Shown here one piece after another: positions 1 to 10,352 of a DNA stretch of 64,000 bases. The DNA comes from Minisyncoccota bacterium (lineage in GTDB: Bacteria > Patescibacteriota > Minisyncoccia > Phycocordibacterales > GCA-2401445), in assembly GCA_040879725.1 (NCBI GenBank), contig JBBDJV010000008.1, positions 17,856-81,855 on the forward strand. The letters run 5' to 3'. How positions within the stretch are numbered: position 1 is the first letter of the stretch; every line of letters begins with the position of its first letter. A program made the translations under genes and the position numbers. The notes beneath the pieces are model-generated. The model made no database searches. It was not told the DNA's origin and saw only the letters and a list, made by a program, of their open reading frames with translations.

Positions 1-70
1 ATGGGAAACAAAAAAAATCTTCCCACTATCTCAGGTACTGAATCAAGAGGATATTGCCAAGTAACCAGCC

Positions 71-1564
71 CTAGCGACCTTCCTCGTGCTGAGGATTTTG
101 TGAAGAAATTTCTACAGTAGTTCCTTCTTTGGTATCGATAACCGTGTACCCCTTTTTTGTAAGCTCATCACGAAGAGTGTCAGAAACTTCCCATTCGTGG
201 TTTTTTCTCGCGGTGTCTCTTTTTTGTATTATGTCCTGAATGTCACTCGGTAAAGAATTAACAGAAATCTTTACATTATTTTTCTGATTAAAAAGCGAAT
301 CTCTTCCTTGCATATCGAGTCCTAGAAGTGAGTCAGCTACCAGAAGTGTGGCTTTCTTTTTTCCTGGAGTAAGTTTGTCATCTTTTATTATTTCCCAAAT
401 GAGAGCAATTGCTTTTGGAGTGTCTAGGTCATCACGTAGTGCATCTCGGATAGCTTTTGTATAGGTTGCATCTTCTGTATCACTCTGTACTTTCAAAAGG
501 TGCTCTGTGAAGTATTTATGTATTTTAAATAGTGCAGTATGTGCTCCTTTTACTGCTTCCCATGTAAAGTTCATTCGTGTTCTGTAGTGGCCGGAAAGTA
601 ACCAATAGCGAAAACTAAGAGGAGAGATATCTCGTTCAATAAGGTTACGAAGGTAAACGGTATTTCCAACCGATTTTGATATTTTATTTCCTTCGATTGA
701 GATGTGTTCAACATGAAGCCAGTTTCGTACGAATTGCTTTCCAGTTACAACTTCTGACTGGGCTATTTCATTATTATGATGCGTTGCGATGTGGTCTACG
801 CCTCCTGTGTGAATATCAATGGTTTTTCCAAGGTGCTTGGTAGCCATGGCTGAACACTCGATGTGCCAACCAGGGAAACCCTTACCCCACGGTGAATCCC
901 ACTCTTGTTGTCTTGTTTCTCCTTCGGGTGAAAACTTCCAAAGTGCAAAATCAGCTCCGGAGTGCTTTTCTGGATTGACCTCAACTCGAGCACCTTCTTG
1001 TTGTTGTTCAATATCTCTATTTCCCAGTCTTCCGTATTCAGGAAACCGTGCTGTGTCGAAATAGATACCGTCAGATATTTTGTAAGTGTATCCTTTTTGC
1101 TCAAGTGTCTCTATAAAGGCAATTTGTTCTTTTATGTGTTCGGTGGCTTTTGGGAAAAGCGTTTTGTCTGTAATTATATTTAGTTCTTTAAGCTCACGTT
1201 TAAAGCACTCTTCTACCTCAAGGGCAATTTGGGGAACTGTTTTGCCTCTTTTTTGTGCGCCGAGCTCCATTTTATCTTCTCCTTCATCTCCGTCGCCAAC
1301 AAGATGTCCAACATCGGTAATATTTATAGCGTGAGTGACGCCGTACCCAGCATTGGTAAGTGTTCGAACAAGAATGTCACTTATTACATACGGTCGATAG
1401 TTCCCAATATGCGGAAAGTCGTACACCGTAGGACCACATGAGTAAATGGTTACAACTCCCGGTTTGAGCGGTTCTAGCAAAACTTTCTCTTTTCGGTTTG
1501 TAGTAAAGAGGGAGATCGGTTCTTGCTTCTTTTTGGTCTTTCGTCGCAGTTTTGAAAAAATCAT
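71..1564 (-). CDS. cysS: cysteine--tRNA ligase
   Basis: 497-aa ORF with class I aaRS motifs (HIGN at the N-terminus, KISKS), CysRS-like 'YSCGPTVYD' and a Cys/His zinc site; ATG start verified. Confidence 0.9.
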   Translation of the reverse strand: MIFSKLRRKTKKKQEPISLFTTNRKEKVLLEPLKPGVVTIYSCGPTVYDFPHIGNYRPYVISDILVRTLTNAGYGVTHAINITDVGHLVGDGDEGEDKMELGAQKRGKTVPQIALEVEECFKRELKELNIITDKTLFPKATEHIKEQIAFIETLEQKGYTYKISDGIYFDTARFPEYGRLGNRDIEQQQEGARVEVNPEKHSGADFALWKFSPEGETRQQEWDSPWGKGFPGWHIECSAMATKHLGKTIDIHTGGVDHIATHHNNEIAQSEVVTGKQFVRNWLHVEHISIEGNKISKSVGNTVYLRNLIERDISPLSFRYWLLSGHYRTRMNFTWEAVKGAHTALFKIHKYFTEHLLKVQSDTEDATYTKAIRDALRDDLDTPKAIALIWEIIKDDKLTPGKKKATLLVADSLLGLDMQGRDSLFNQKNNVKISVNSLPSDIQDIIQKRDTARKNHEWEVSDTLRDELTKKGYTVIDTKEGTTVEISSQNPQHEEGR

Positions 1565-1568
1565 AAAA

Positions 1569-2483
1569 TTAGAGCCACTTTTTGCGTTTGAAATACAATG
1601 CGGTTAAAAGGGCAATGAGAGACATTATACCTATTACCACCCAAAAATCATTGGGAACTTTTGTCAGGGGATTTATGGTGGTATTCATACCAAGGATGCT
1701 GGCAATGAGCGATAGGGGGAGAGTAATAAATGAAAGTACTGTCAAAAAGTGAATAGTGTCATTTTGCTTTGTTTGAAGAAGGGCATCGTTTGTGCTACGA
1801 AGCTCGGCTAAAAATTCTTGAGTGTCTTGTGTTAAAGCGGATACGTGTTCGTACTCGTCCTCAATGTCATTAACAGATTCTCTATAGTCTTCTCCAAAAA
1901 ACTTCGTGCTTATTGCTGAAAGTCGAGAAAGCACCCGTCGGTGTGTGCTGATGCCGTGTCGAATTGAAAGTGCGCTGTGGTGTACAGATGAAAGTTTGAA
2001 AACCATTTCTTTTTCTTTGCTATCAAATATGCTGTTTTTAATTTCACGGAGCTCATCGTTTACGCATTCCAGTTCATGCACCAGTGCTCCATACAGCTTG
2101 ATCATCATGTGTGAAAATATTGTTCCGCCGGTTACTGTGGATGAGTATGCTTCCAAAATAGTATTTACCTCAAAAATTTTAGAAAACTTATGAATGGGAT
2201 CGATAGCATCGTAATGAACGGTGATAATAAAATTCTTTGCAACTATAAATTTTATTTCTTGGTCGGTAGCATCAGTGTGTGAGTGTCTGAGAGCGGGGAA
2301 GTGGAGAGTCACATAAAAGTAACCATCTCCCAAAACCACATTCGGTTTATTCGTTTGTATTAAAAGTTCTCCCGCAATTTCAGGTGACAGGTTGTATTCT
2401 TCAGCTAAAGAGCGTACTTCGTCTTTATTTGGCTTTGTTACGTCTACCCACGTAACATTTTTGTACGCATTTTTTATAAACAT
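1569..2483 (-). CDS. corA: CorA-family Mg2+/Co2+ transporter
   Basis: C-terminal two TM helices with GMN signature (ILGMNTT); the ORF runs to 2579, but the internal ATG at 2483 (MFIKNAY...) gives a typical ~305-aa CorA and leaves a divergent intergenic gap to the ctp gene. Confidence 0.75.
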   Translation of the reverse strand: MFIKNAYKNVTWVDVTKPNKDEVRSLAEEYNLSPEIAGELLIQTNKPNVVLGDGYFYVTLHFPALRHSHTDATDQEIKFIVAKNFIITVHYDAIDPIHKFSKIFEVNTILEAYSSTVTGGTIFSHMMIKLYGALVHELECVNDELREIKNSIFDSKEKEMVFKLSSVHHSALSIRHGISTHRRVLSRLSAISTKFFGEDYRESVNDIEDEYEHVSALTQDTQEFLAELRSTNDALLQTKQNDTIHFLTVLSFITLPLSLIASILGMNTTINPLTKVPNDFWVVIGIMSLIALLTALYFKRKKWL

Positions 2484-2567
2484 ATACTCTACAGTATACC
2501 GTAAAGCTCTGTAGTGGAAAATGTTAAATTGCAGTCTTTTGAATTGTTTGCGATAATATTGTTTACT

Positions 2568-3815
2568 ATGGATGAACAAAAAGATGAACAGAAAATAAAA
2601 TTTGCTACCGCCTCTTTTATCTCAATTGCTTTTCTGCTTGTTGGCTTTTGGGGTGGAGTCTGGTGGAACAAATATCAAGAGCCCGAGTTTAACCCTATTA
2701 GCGCTACTATCCTTAATTCTGAATCTGACGTTTTACCGGAGTCTGTTGATTTTTCTGCTTTTTGGAAGGCGTGGGCAATTCTAGATCAAAAATATGTATC
2801 TGCTTCATCTACAGAAGTGCACGACCCTCAGGACCGAGTATGGGGAGCAATAGCGGGAATGACTGCATCATTTAATGACCCTTATACCGTCTTTTTCCCA
2901 CCGGTAGAATCAGAAAAGTTTCAGGAAGAAATAAGTGGAAACTTTGAAGGTGTCGGTATGGAAGTTGGAATACGTGACGGACTTCTTACAGTGATAGCTC
3001 CTTTAAGAGGAACACCTGCGGAAAGGGCAGGAGTGCTCTCAGGAGACATTATTATAAGAATTGATGATGTACTCGCGACAGAGAAAACAATAGAAGAAGC
3101 AGTCCGTATGATTCGTGGTGAGCGTGGTACGGTGGTAACCCTTACTGTTGCGCGTGAAGGAAATGATGAGCCAATTGAAATTCCTATTACCCGAGATGTG
3201 ATTGATATTCCAACCCTCACGACAGAACTAAGAGATGATGGTGTGTTTGTTATCAGTTTGTTTAATTTTTCTGCACCTTCATCTAATTTATTCAGGAATG
3301 CTGTACGAGAGTTTACGCAGAGTGGTGCGACAAAGCTAGTGATAGACTTGCGCGATAATCCTGGTGGATACCTTGAGTCATCTGTAGAGATGGTTAGCTA
3401 TTTCATACCGGAAGGAAAAGTTGTTGTAAAAGAAGATTTTGGCGACGGAAAGGTTCAAGAGTTTAGAAGTCTTGGTAATAAATTATTCATTACCAACCCT
3501 GAGATAGTTATCCTTATTAACCGAGGTTCAGCTTCTGCTTCAGAAATTTTCGCCGGAGCACTTTCAGAGTATGGAGTCGCGACACTTGTTGGAGAAAGAA
3601 CTTTCGGAAAAGGATCCGTTCAGGAATTAGTAGATATTACTGACTCAACTTCACTTAAGGTAACCGTCGCGCAGTGGGTGACACCAAAGGGAACTTCAAT
3701 ATCAAATGGAGGTTTGGTGCCGGACGTAGAAGTAAAACAAGACCCAGAAGACCTTGAAAATGGTATCGATACTCAGCTTGAGCGTGCTGTTGAAATACTT
3801 ACTAAAGTACAGTAG
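2568..3815 (+). CDS. ctpA: carboxyl-terminal processing protease (S41 family, PDZ domain)
   Basis: N-terminal TM anchor, PDZ segment (GVGMEVG...GTPAERAGVLSGDIII), S41 motifs (LVIDLRDNPGG, GSASASEIFAGA); the ORF begins at 2514, but the ATG at 2568 (MDEQKDEQK) is more plausible. Confidence 0.8.
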   Translation: MDEQKDEQKIKFATASFISIAFLLVGFWGGVWWNKYQEPEFNPISATILNSESDVLPESVDFSAFWKAWAILDQKYVSASSTEVHDPQDRVWGAIAGMTASFNDPYTVFFPPVESEKFQEEISGNFEGVGMEVGIRDGLLTVIAPLRGTPAERAGVLSGDIIIRIDDVLATEKTIEEAVRMIRGERGTVVTLTVAREGNDEPIEIPITRDVIDIPTLTTELRDDGVFVISLFNFSAPSSNLFRNAVREFTQSGATKLVIDLRDNPGGYLESSVEMVSYFIPEGKVVVKEDFGDGKVQEFRSLGNKLFITNPEIVILINRGSASASEIFAGALSEYGVATLVGERTFGKGSVQELVDITDSTSLKVTVAQWVTPKGTSISNGGLVPDVEVKQDPEDLENGIDTQLERAVEILTKVQ

Positions 3816-3853
3816 TATAGTGTCACACATTAATCCGATAATCTGAAATATAT

Positions 3854-4300
3854 ATGAAAGTTATTTTATTGAAAGACGTTGCAAAGACAGGGAAGAAGTT
3901 TGAGGTAAAGGATGTTTCAGACGGCTTTGCTCTTAACCACCTTATACCACGAGGGTTGGCACGAATGGCTACTCCCGATGTGCTGAAAAATGTTGAGCAT
4001 ATGAAAAAAGCTCACGGTGAGCAAGTTAAAATACAAAATGACTTGTTGAAGAAAAATCTTGAGTCTCTATCAGAAAAGAAAATTACCATTTCTGCAAAAG
4101 CGAATGAAAAGGGACATTTGTTTAAAGGAATTCACACGGACGAGATAGTAAAGGCTTTGGAAAAAGAGCATATCAGTATTGCAAGCGAACACATAAAACT
4201 AGAACATCCCATTAAGGAAGTTGGAGAGCATGAGATTACGGTTTCCGCACACGACGTCACAGGTTCATTTACTCTTGAAATTGAATCATCAGAAAAATAG
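3854..4300 (+). CDS. rplI: 50S ribosomal protein L9
   Basis: N-terminus MKVILLKDVAKTGKKFEVKDVSDGFALNHLIPRGLA matches the L9 N-domain consensus. Confidence 0.85.
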   Translation: MKVILLKDVAKTGKKFEVKDVSDGFALNHLIPRGLARMATPDVLKNVEHMKKAHGEQVKIQNDLLKKNLESLSEKKITISAKANEKGHLFKGIHTDEIVKALEKEHISIASEHIKLEHPIKEVGEHEITVSAHDVTGSFTLEIESSEK

Positions 4301-4312
4301 AATACTAAATAA

Positions 4313-4346
4313 TAAAAAACCACTTGCTTCCGCAAGTGGTTTTTTA
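4313..4346. terminator. bidirectional rho-independent terminator between convergent rplI and rpmA
   Basis: A-run, 8-bp stem ccacttgc/gcaagtgg (4320-4327/4332-4339), 4-nt loop, T-run 4340-4345. Confidence 0.6.
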
Positions 4347-4619
4347 TTATTTAACAGTTACCTTTTTTCGCTTGTGGGTTTGGCCGTTGAAACCTGTTCT
4401 TCGAGTGTCGCTGAATGATACTACTCCTTCGACGAGAGAATACACTGTGTGGTCCTTACCAAGCTTGGTATTTGAACCTGCTACGAATTTAGTTCCTCGT
4501 TGTCTGACAATAATACCTCCTGCTTTGACGCTTTGTCCGTCAGCAATCTTAACGCCCAAATATTTTGGATTCGAATCACGTAAGTTTTTAGCTGTACCCG
4601 CGGCTTTTTTAGTTGCCAT
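4347..4619 (-). CDS. rpmA: 50S ribosomal protein L27
   Basis: 90 aa; [12 protein letters not shown]...[12 protein letters not shown]...G.DHT is the canonical L27 sequence. Confidence 0.9.
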   Translation of the reverse strand: MATKKAAGTAKNLRDSNPKYLGVKIADGQSVKAGGIIVRQRGTKFVAGSNTKLGKDHTVYSLVEGVVSFSDTRRTGFNGQTHKRKKVTVK

Positions 4620-4645
4620 AATTTATTTATATACGTTACACTAAT

Positions 4646-5050
4646 ATGTGTACAAGTTGTATGAGTCTACCAGATTTGTCTAAATTAATCAAGAGTCATG
4701 CCATTCGAGAGAATTTGCTTCAGGATGTGCTTATTTCATTGCTTATTTTCCTCTCCATTTTCCTAGCTTTCGGGCTGGGAAGGTTGTCGGTGTCCTCTGT
4801 GGTAAAAGAGCCCGTAAAACTCGAAAATAGGGCTTTTGGAGGGGGTTTTGTCAGCTCTGAGACTGGTTTGGGAGCTAGTGGAGAGGTAGTAGCGGGTGAG
4901 TATGTCGGATCAAAAAATGGTAGCAAATACCACCTTCCATGGTGCCCGGGAGCAGGGCAAATAAATGATGAGAATAAAGTTTGGTTTTCAAGCAAAGAAG
5001 ATGCTGAATCAAGAGGATATACTCCCGCTCTTAACTGCAAGGGTATATAG
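4646..5050 (+). CDS. hypothetical membrane-anchored protein with C-terminal YHxPxC...GYxP..C putative metal-binding module (Ada-like / sunset-type)
   Basis: One predicted TM helix (LISLLIFLSIFLAFGL), Gly-rich linker, C-terminal KYHLPWCPGAGQI...FSSKEDAESRGYTPALNCKG; the true start may be an internal Met. Confidence 0.4.
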   Translation: MCTSCMSLPDLSKLIKSHAIRENLLQDVLISLLIFLSIFLAFGLGRLSVSSVVKEPVKLENRAFGGGFVSSETGLGASGEVVAGEYVGSKNGSKYHLPWCPGAGQINDENKVWFSSKEDAESRGYTPALNCKGI

Positions 5051-5079
5051 ACCAAAGAAGTAAATGGTATACTAAGGAA

Positions 5080-5667
5080 ATGATTGTTGTAGATGTTGAA
5101 GCAACTGGCACAGAACCGGGTATACACGGTTTAGTTTCTATTGGTGCCATAGATCTCGATAAACCCGAAAGACAGTTTTATGAAGAATGTCATATAGACG
5201 AGGGTATACACGTGATGAAAGAGGCACTTCGGATAAATGGTTTCTCTGAACAAGAGCTCTACGATATTTCCAAACCATCTGAGGAAGAAATAGTCACTGC
5301 ATTTATTTCGTGGGCACTTGATACGAGTGACCACACTATTGCCGGACAAAATCCATCTTTCGATAGAGATTTTATCCGTGCCGGAGCAAAACGGTACCAT
5401 ATTGATTGGCCACTCGCTTATCGTACGGTAGACCTTCACTCTGTTTGTGTTACTCATATGTTGGAGCGGAAAAAAGAGTTACCGATAGAAAAAGAGAGAA
5501 GTGCTCTAACTTCCGATGCTATATTTTCTTACGTCGGACTTCCAGCTGAGCCACATCCGCACAACGCTCTTGTTGGTGCACAAATGGAGGCAGAAGCATT
5601 TTCTCGGTTATTCTGGGGTAAGAAACTTCTCCCTGACTTTGAGCGATACGATATGCCAACGTACTAG
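5080..5667 (+). CDS. DEDD-family 3'-5' exonuclease (DnaQ/epsilon-like domain protein)
   Basis: Exo I VVDVEATG, Exo II NPSFDRDFI, Exo III-like HNALVGAQMEAEAF (compare HGALLDAQILAEVY of Pol III epsilon). Confidence 0.7.
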   Translation: MIVVDVEATGTEPGIHGLVSIGAIDLDKPERQFYEECHIDEGIHVMKEALRINGFSEQELYDISKPSEEEIVTAFISWALDTSDHTIAGQNPSFDRDFIRAGAKRYHIDWPLAYRTVDLHSVCVTHMLERKKELPIEKERSALTSDAIFSYVGLPAEPHPHNALVGAQMEAEAFSRLFWGKKLLPDFERYDMPTY

Positions 5668-5738
5668 ACAAAATGTTTTGATGTGGTACATTAAATCTTG
5701 GCTTGTACAAAACATCAACATAAACGTTAGTTATTCTA

Positions 5739-5965
5739 TTATGAGTGCCAAATCCTTAGATTTGAAAAACAGGGAAGTACTTCTCGGTCTTGCGACGCTC
5801 CTCAAGCGCCACCCCGGGGTGTTGAAGCCCGAAATGATTCCCATTCTGATTGCCAAGGATATCGAAAGTCTCTCCGATGAGGAGAGAGTCGCCCGGGTGA
5901 ATGCAGTTTACCCGAACCACCCGCACTACGACGCTCACCGATACATGCAAAGCCTTCTTCGGTAA
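5739..5965 (+). CDS. small hypothetical protein (75 aa), compositionally GC-rich
   Basis: The internal ATG of ORF 5516..5965 coincides with onset of a ~50% GC stretch (ccaccccggggtgttgaagcccg...); followed by a strong terminator. Confidence 0.3.
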
Positions 5966-5985
5966 CGCAAAGTGATCGGTATAAT

Positions 5986-6022
5986 AAACGCCCAAGCTTG
6001 TTTCTGGGCGTTATTTTTTTTG
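5986..6022 (+). terminator. rho-independent terminator (plus strand)
   Basis: stem acgccca/tgggcgt (5988-5994/6005-6011), then tatttttttt. Confidence 0.55.
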
Positions 6023-6053
6023 CAAAGAAAATACCCACTATGCGTGGGTATTT
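6022..6053 (-). terminator. rho-independent terminator for the ntp operon (minus strand)
   Basis: perfect 10-bp stem aaatacccac/gtgggtattt (6029-6038/6044-6053), 5-nt loop, preceded on plus strand by aaagaaaa (U-run on minus). Confidence 0.45.
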
Positions 6054-6217
6054 CTCGGTCATCTGGTTTACTCCAAGGTGAGTGGTTTAAAAAGTGCCTT
6101 TTCGCTAACAGCAGTAAGCGAACCTCAGAATAAACATAGTTTAATAATTAAATTCCTGAACAGGAAAGTCAATGAATTTTACCCTTGAAAGGGGAAAACA
6201 TGTGGATTAGCTGTTGA

Positions 6218-6856
6218 TTACTTAGACAACTCTGCTTCTTTAGCGAGGATCATAGCTTTAATTCTCATTGTGCCCACAACAGCGTCTCTTGCTTGCTCTT
6301 CGAGGCGCATAGAAATAAAACGTATTGTTTCTTTTAGGTTTGGTATTCTTGTGTTCTCAAGCGCGCTTGCTCGTCTTCGTGTTCGCTCTATTTCGAGTGC
6401 AAGGTTTTCAACAGTTTTTTCCAGTTCTGCAAGACGGAATAAACTCGGGAGAGTAGCGTCCAGTTTATTGATTGCTGTGTCCAAGTCTCCACTTGTATCG
6501 AGCATACCGTAGCAGAAAAGAGAGCCTTCTTTTTTTAGAGTAAAGTTTGGTATCGGTACAGACATGACTGACTGTGTGGTAACCGTAAGACTTAGTTTTG
6601 CATTAGGAAGAAGGAATGCATTGTCTATTGATTTTTGTGCCATAAGAACACTTGCGCGGGTATATGAAGAGAACATATCACCCAGCTCCTTTTCTACCTG
6701 GTCTCGTAGTGCTTTAACTTCACGGATAGTTTGCATAAACTTCTTCATCAGTCCATCGCGCTTATCTTTAAGGAGTTTGTGTCCACGAGTAGCAAGCTTC
6801 AAGTCGCGCTTGAGAGTGAGGAGGTTTATTCGCGTTGGGCTTACTTTGATAATCAT
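6218..6856 (-). CDS. ntpD: V/A-type ATP synthase subunit D
   Basis: 212 aa; MIIKVSPTRINLLTLKRDLKLATRGHKLLKDKRDGLM is the canonical V-ATPase D N-terminus; last gene of the operon. Confidence 0.85.
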   Translation of the reverse strand: MIIKVSPTRINLLTLKRDLKLATRGHKLLKDKRDGLMKKFMQTIREVKALRDQVEKELGDMFSSYTRASVLMAQKSIDNAFLLPNAKLSLTVTTQSVMSVPIPNFTLKKEGSLFCYGMLDTSGDLDTAINKLDATLPSLFRLAELEKTVENLALEIERTRRRASALENTRIPNLKETIRFISMRLEEQARDAVVGTMRIKAMILAKEAELSK

Positions 6857-6859
6857 AGT

Positions 6860-8239
6860 TTAACTCTTCATGTACTTGTCGATAAACTCAGCTTTGACTC
6901 GCTTAAGCGATTCTCGAGGTACCATTTTAAGTAGCTTCCATCCAAGATCAAGTGATGTTTCTATATCTCTGTTTTCGTATTCTCCCTGGTTAATAAACTC
7001 TTTCTCAAACGCATCTGAGAACTTTAAATGAGCTCTGTCTGAATCAGAGAGGGAAGCCTCTCCTAGTACTACCGCAAGCTCCTTTGCTTCTTTTCCGATT
7101 GCGTAAGAAGAAAATAGTTGGTCTTTAAGTCCTGAATGATCTTCTCTTGTTTTTTCAGGGCCAACACCTGCAGACCAAAGTCTTGAAAGGGAACCTTGAA
7201 CATCTACCGGCGGAAGAATGCCTTTTGTGTTTAGGTTTCTGTCGATTACGAACTGTCCCTCGGTAATATATCCGGTGAGGTCTGGTACTGGATGTGTCTT
7301 ATCGTCATCGGGCATTGTTAATATTGGAATTTGAGTGATAGAACCATTTCTACCTTTTACTCTTCCTGCTCGTTCATAAATGGTTGATAGGTCAGTGTAC
7401 ATGTATCCTGGATATCCACGACGACCAGGGACTTCTTTTCGGGCTGAAGAAACCTCACGAAGTGCTTCACAGTAGTTTGTCATGTCGGTTAGGATAACTA
7501 ATACATGCATGTCGTGCTCGAAAGCAAGGTATTCCGCTGTAGTAAGCGCGAGTCGTGGAGTTGTAATTCTTTCTACTACCGGATCTGATGCAGTGTTTAG
7601 GAAAAGAACACTTCGTTCCAGAGCTCCTGTCGATTCAAATTCCTTTTTGAAGTACGCAGCCTCTTCAAATGTAACACCCATTGTTCCAAAAACTATTGCA
7701 AAGTTTCCACCGCTTTTTACTTTTGCTTGTCGTGCAATCTGAGCTGCTAGACGTGCATGTGGCAATCCAGATCCTGAAAAGATAGGTAGCTTTTGTCCAC
7801 GTACCAACGTATTCATTACATCGATTGAAGAAATACCCGTTTGAATGAAGTCGTTAGGGAACTCACGGCTTGCCGGGTTAATAGCCGCTCCTCCAATATC
7901 AAGAAGCTTTTCAGGAATAATTGAAGGGCCATTATCTATGACGTCGCCTCCTCCTGAAAACACTCTTCCGAGCATTGACTTTGAAACTCCCAGTTTTGCT
8001 GTTTCTCCAGTAAATCGAACGCGAGTATCCTTTGTTTGAACTCCTGTAGTTGGGCGGAAAAGCTGAACTACCGCTTTTCCTTTCGCGGTATCTAGAACCT
8101 TTCCCAGTCTTGGCTCTTTCTCACCCGGAACGGTAACTTCTACCAACTCCTCGTACATTACTCCTTCAACTCCTTCTACGACAAGCAGTGGGCCGGAAAC
8201 TGATGCAGCTGTTTTGTATTCTTTAATCATATTATGCAA
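6860..8239 (-). CDS. ntpB: V/A-type ATP synthase subunit B
   Basis: 459 aa; non-catalytic alpha/beta-fold ATPase subunit with typical B-subunit N-terminal motif [20 protein letters not shown]. Confidence 0.9.
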   Translation of the reverse strand: MHNMIKEYKTAASVSGPLLVVEGVEGVMYEELVEVTVPGEKEPRLGKVLDTAKGKAVVQLFRPTTGVQTKDTRVRFTGETAKLGVSKSMLGRVFSGGGDVIDNGPSIIPEKLLDIGGAAINPASREFPNDFIQTGISSIDVMNTLVRGQKLPIFSGSGLPHARLAAQIARQAKVKSGGNFAIVFGTMGVTFEEAAYFKKEFESTGALERSVLFLNTASDPVVERITTPRLALTTAEYLAFEHDMHVLVILTDMTNYCEALREVSSARKEVPGRRGYPGYMYTDLSTIYERAGRVKGRNGSITQIPILTMPDDDKTHPVPDLTGYITEGQFVIDRNLNTKGILPPVDVQGSLSRLWSAGVGPEKTREDHSGLKDQLFSSYAIGKEAKELAVVLGEASLSDSDRAHLKFSDAFEKEFINQGEYENRDIETSLDLGWKLLKMVPRESLKRVKAEFIDKYMKS

Positions 8240-10001
8240 TTAGGCTGTTAATTTCTTTTTCCGCTTCTGATGCAAATGTTTTGAACTCTGAAAGGTTATC
8301 AGCAGTAATGCTCTTTAGTGTTGGAAGTTTCTTTACCGCGTCAGTTTGAGTAAAACGAGAAAATTCAAATTCGTCTTGTGTTACTACTCGCTTTCCGAGT
8401 GTGTAAACAGTAAGAATAGATTTAAGGATATTGTACTGACGGATAGGTGTTGTGTAAGCATCTTCTTTGTCAAAAGCATTTTGGAATAGAAAGTCTTCAC
8501 GAATTGACTTAGCAATTTCAAGTGTTAACTTTTCTTCATTTGAAAGAGATTCCATTCCAACAAGTTTTACAATTTCAAGCAATTTGGATTCCTTCTGAAG
8601 TAGGTCCATAGCCTCGCTCCGTATTTCAGGATAATCTTCAGCAATATTTTTTCTCCAGTAGTCTGTAATGTTCGGGATGTAGAGTGAGTAAGAGTTTAGC
8701 CAGTTGATGGAAGGGAAGTGCTTCTTATACGCAAGACCAGCATCGAGACCCCAGAACACTTTTGTTACTCGCAGAGTCGCTTGTGACACTGGTTCAGAGA
8801 GGTCTCCACCAGGAGGTGATACCGCTCCAATAACAGTTAGTGCTCCTTTTCTTCCGTCACTACCAAGACATTCAACAAAACCAGCTCGTTCATAAAATTC
8901 AGCAGTACGGCTAGAAAGGTATGCAGGGTAACCTTCTTCTCCCGGCATTTCCTCCATTCTTCCTGAAATCTCTCTCATAGCTTCCGCCCAACGAGAAGTT
9001 GAGTCTGCCATAAGTGCGACAGAGTAGCCCATGTCTCGATAGTATTCTGCAATAGTAATTCCGGTGTACACACTTGCTTCACGCGCAGCTACTGGCATGT
9101 TTGAAGTGTTTGCAATTAGTATCGTTCTCTTCATCAGAGATTCTCCCGTGTTCGGGTCAATTAAGTGAGGGAATTCTGAAAGCACTTCAGTCATTTCGTT
9201 TCCTCTTTCGCCGCAGCCAATGTATACGATAACTTGCGCGTCACAGTATTTTGCAATTGATTGCTGTGTAACTGTTTTGCCAGAGCCAAACGGTCCTGGA
9301 ATTGCAGCTGCTCCACCTTTTACGATAGGAAAGAATGTGTCGATTGAACGACCTCCGGTAACAAGTGGTTCAGTTGGAAATATTTTAGCTTTTCGGGGGC
9401 GAGGGGACCTGATTGGCCAGTACTGAAGCATGGCAATATCAACCGTGCCTTTTGACGTCTTAATTTTTGCAATACAATCAGTCACTGTGTGTTGTCCTGA
9501 TGATATGAAAATAATTTCTCCTGAAATGCCCGGAGGAACCATTACTTTGTGGGTGATAAGAGACGTTTCTGGCACTTCACCTAGAATATCTCCCTCTGAA
9601 ACTGTAACTCCTTCTTTTAGGAGTGGAGTGAAGTCCCATTTTTTTACTCTGTCTACACCCGAAGCTTCAATACCTCGTGCGATATAAAAACTTTTTGATT
9701 CAGCTTCGATGGTTTGAAGGGGTCTTTGAATACCGTCATAAATTGAACCAAGTAATCCGGGAGCAAGTTCCGCAGACATAGTTTTTCCTGTCCCAACAAC
9801 TGGTTCTCCGGGAGCGATTCCGCTCGTGTCTTCGTATACCTGAATTGACGCAATATCTCCTTTTAACTCAATAATTTCTCCCATGAGTTTTAGATTTCCC
9901 ACCTGCACCAGCTCGTACATTTTAGGTGAGTCAAGACCCTCTGCTTCTACCAGCGGTCCGCTCACTCTTCGTATTTCTCCTGTTTTCATATTTTTATTCA
10001 T
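8232..10001 (-). CDS. ntpA: V/A-type ATP synthase catalytic subunit A
   Basis: 589 aa; Walker [11 protein letters not shown]-subunit non-homologous insert region; overlaps ntpB by 8 nt. Confidence 0.9.
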   Translation of the reverse strand: MNKNMKTGEIRRVSGPLVEAEGLDSPKMYELVQVGNLKLMGEIIELKGDIASIQVYEDTSGIAPGEPVVGTGKTMSAELAPGLLGSIYDGIQRPLQTIEAESKSFYIARGIEASGVDRVKKWDFTPLLKEGVTVSEGDILGEVPETSLITHKVMVPPGISGEIIFISSGQHTVTDCIAKIKTSKGTVDIAMLQYWPIRSPRPRKAKIFPTEPLVTGGRSIDTFFPIVKGGAAAIPGPFGSGKTVTQQSIAKYCDAQVIVYIGCGERGNEMTEVLSEFPHLIDPNTGESLMKRTILIANTSNMPVAAREASVYTGITIAEYYRDMGYSVALMADSTSRWAEAMREISGRMEEMPGEEGYPAYLSSRTAEFYERAGFVECLGSDGRKGALTVIGAVSPPGGDLSEPVSQATLRVTKVFWGLDAGLAYKKHFPSINWLNSYSLYIPNITDYWRKNIAEDYPEIRSEAMDLLQKESKLLEIVKLVGMESLSNEEKLTLEIAKSIREDFLFQNAFDKEDAYTTPIRQYNILKSILTVYTLGKRVVTQDEFEFSRFTQTDAVKKLPTLKSITADNLSEFKTFASEAEKEINSLIA

Positions 10002-10009
10002 ACTAATTT

Positions 10010-10351
10010 TTAACCTAAAATATTTGATCCTATGGCACGTTCTGCTAATTTCTTTAACTTCTCTCCGCTGATTCCACTTGGTCCCTTTAGTCCCGGAAGT
10101 GCCAGTAGGGCAGGGAGTGGTGATTCGGTAAATTTTATAAGCTCTTCTTCCTTAATATTTTCAAGTAAGTTTTCTATTACCATCACTATCGCGTATTTTT
10201 CTGTTGAGTCTGGTGATAGTGTGCTCTTGCGAAGTTTTTTAAGTATCTCTAGTGTTTCGTCTGAGTTCGTTGCAGAAAATACTTCCGCGCCGGTTGCCTT
10301 GAAGAGAGAAACAGTGTCAGATGGACCAATGATTGCAATTTTGTAATTCAT
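10010..10351 (-). CDS. ntpF: V/A-type ATP synthase subunit F
   Basis: 113 aa; [25 protein letters not shown] typical of subunit F; positioned between C and A. Confidence 0.75.
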   Translation of the reverse strand: MNYKIAIIGPSDTVSLFKATGAEVFSATNSDETLEILKKLRKSTLSPDSTEKYAIVMVIENLLENIKEEELIKFTESPLPALLALPGLKGPSGISGEKLKKLAERAIGSNILG

Positions 10352-10352
10352 A

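Noticed and set aside
1-120. Short plus-strand ORF at the window start (MGNKKNLPTISGTESRGYCQVTSPSDLPRAEDFVKKFLQ*), possibly the 3' end of an upstream gene
   Set aside because: It is too short and featureless to call. It overlaps the cysS 3' end by 50 bp. It is noted only as a possible truncated gene.
4440-4560. tRNA-like T-arm motif ggtatttgaacctgc
   Set aside because: It lies inside the well-supported rpmA coding sequence. It lacks acceptor or D-arm complementarity. It is a chance similarity.
4720-5127. 135-aa minus-strand ORF overlapping the 4646-5050 plus-strand gene
   Set aside because: It has no recognisable similarity. It is hydrophobic with odd composition. The plus-strand ORF has a recognisable C-terminal motif and a better context.
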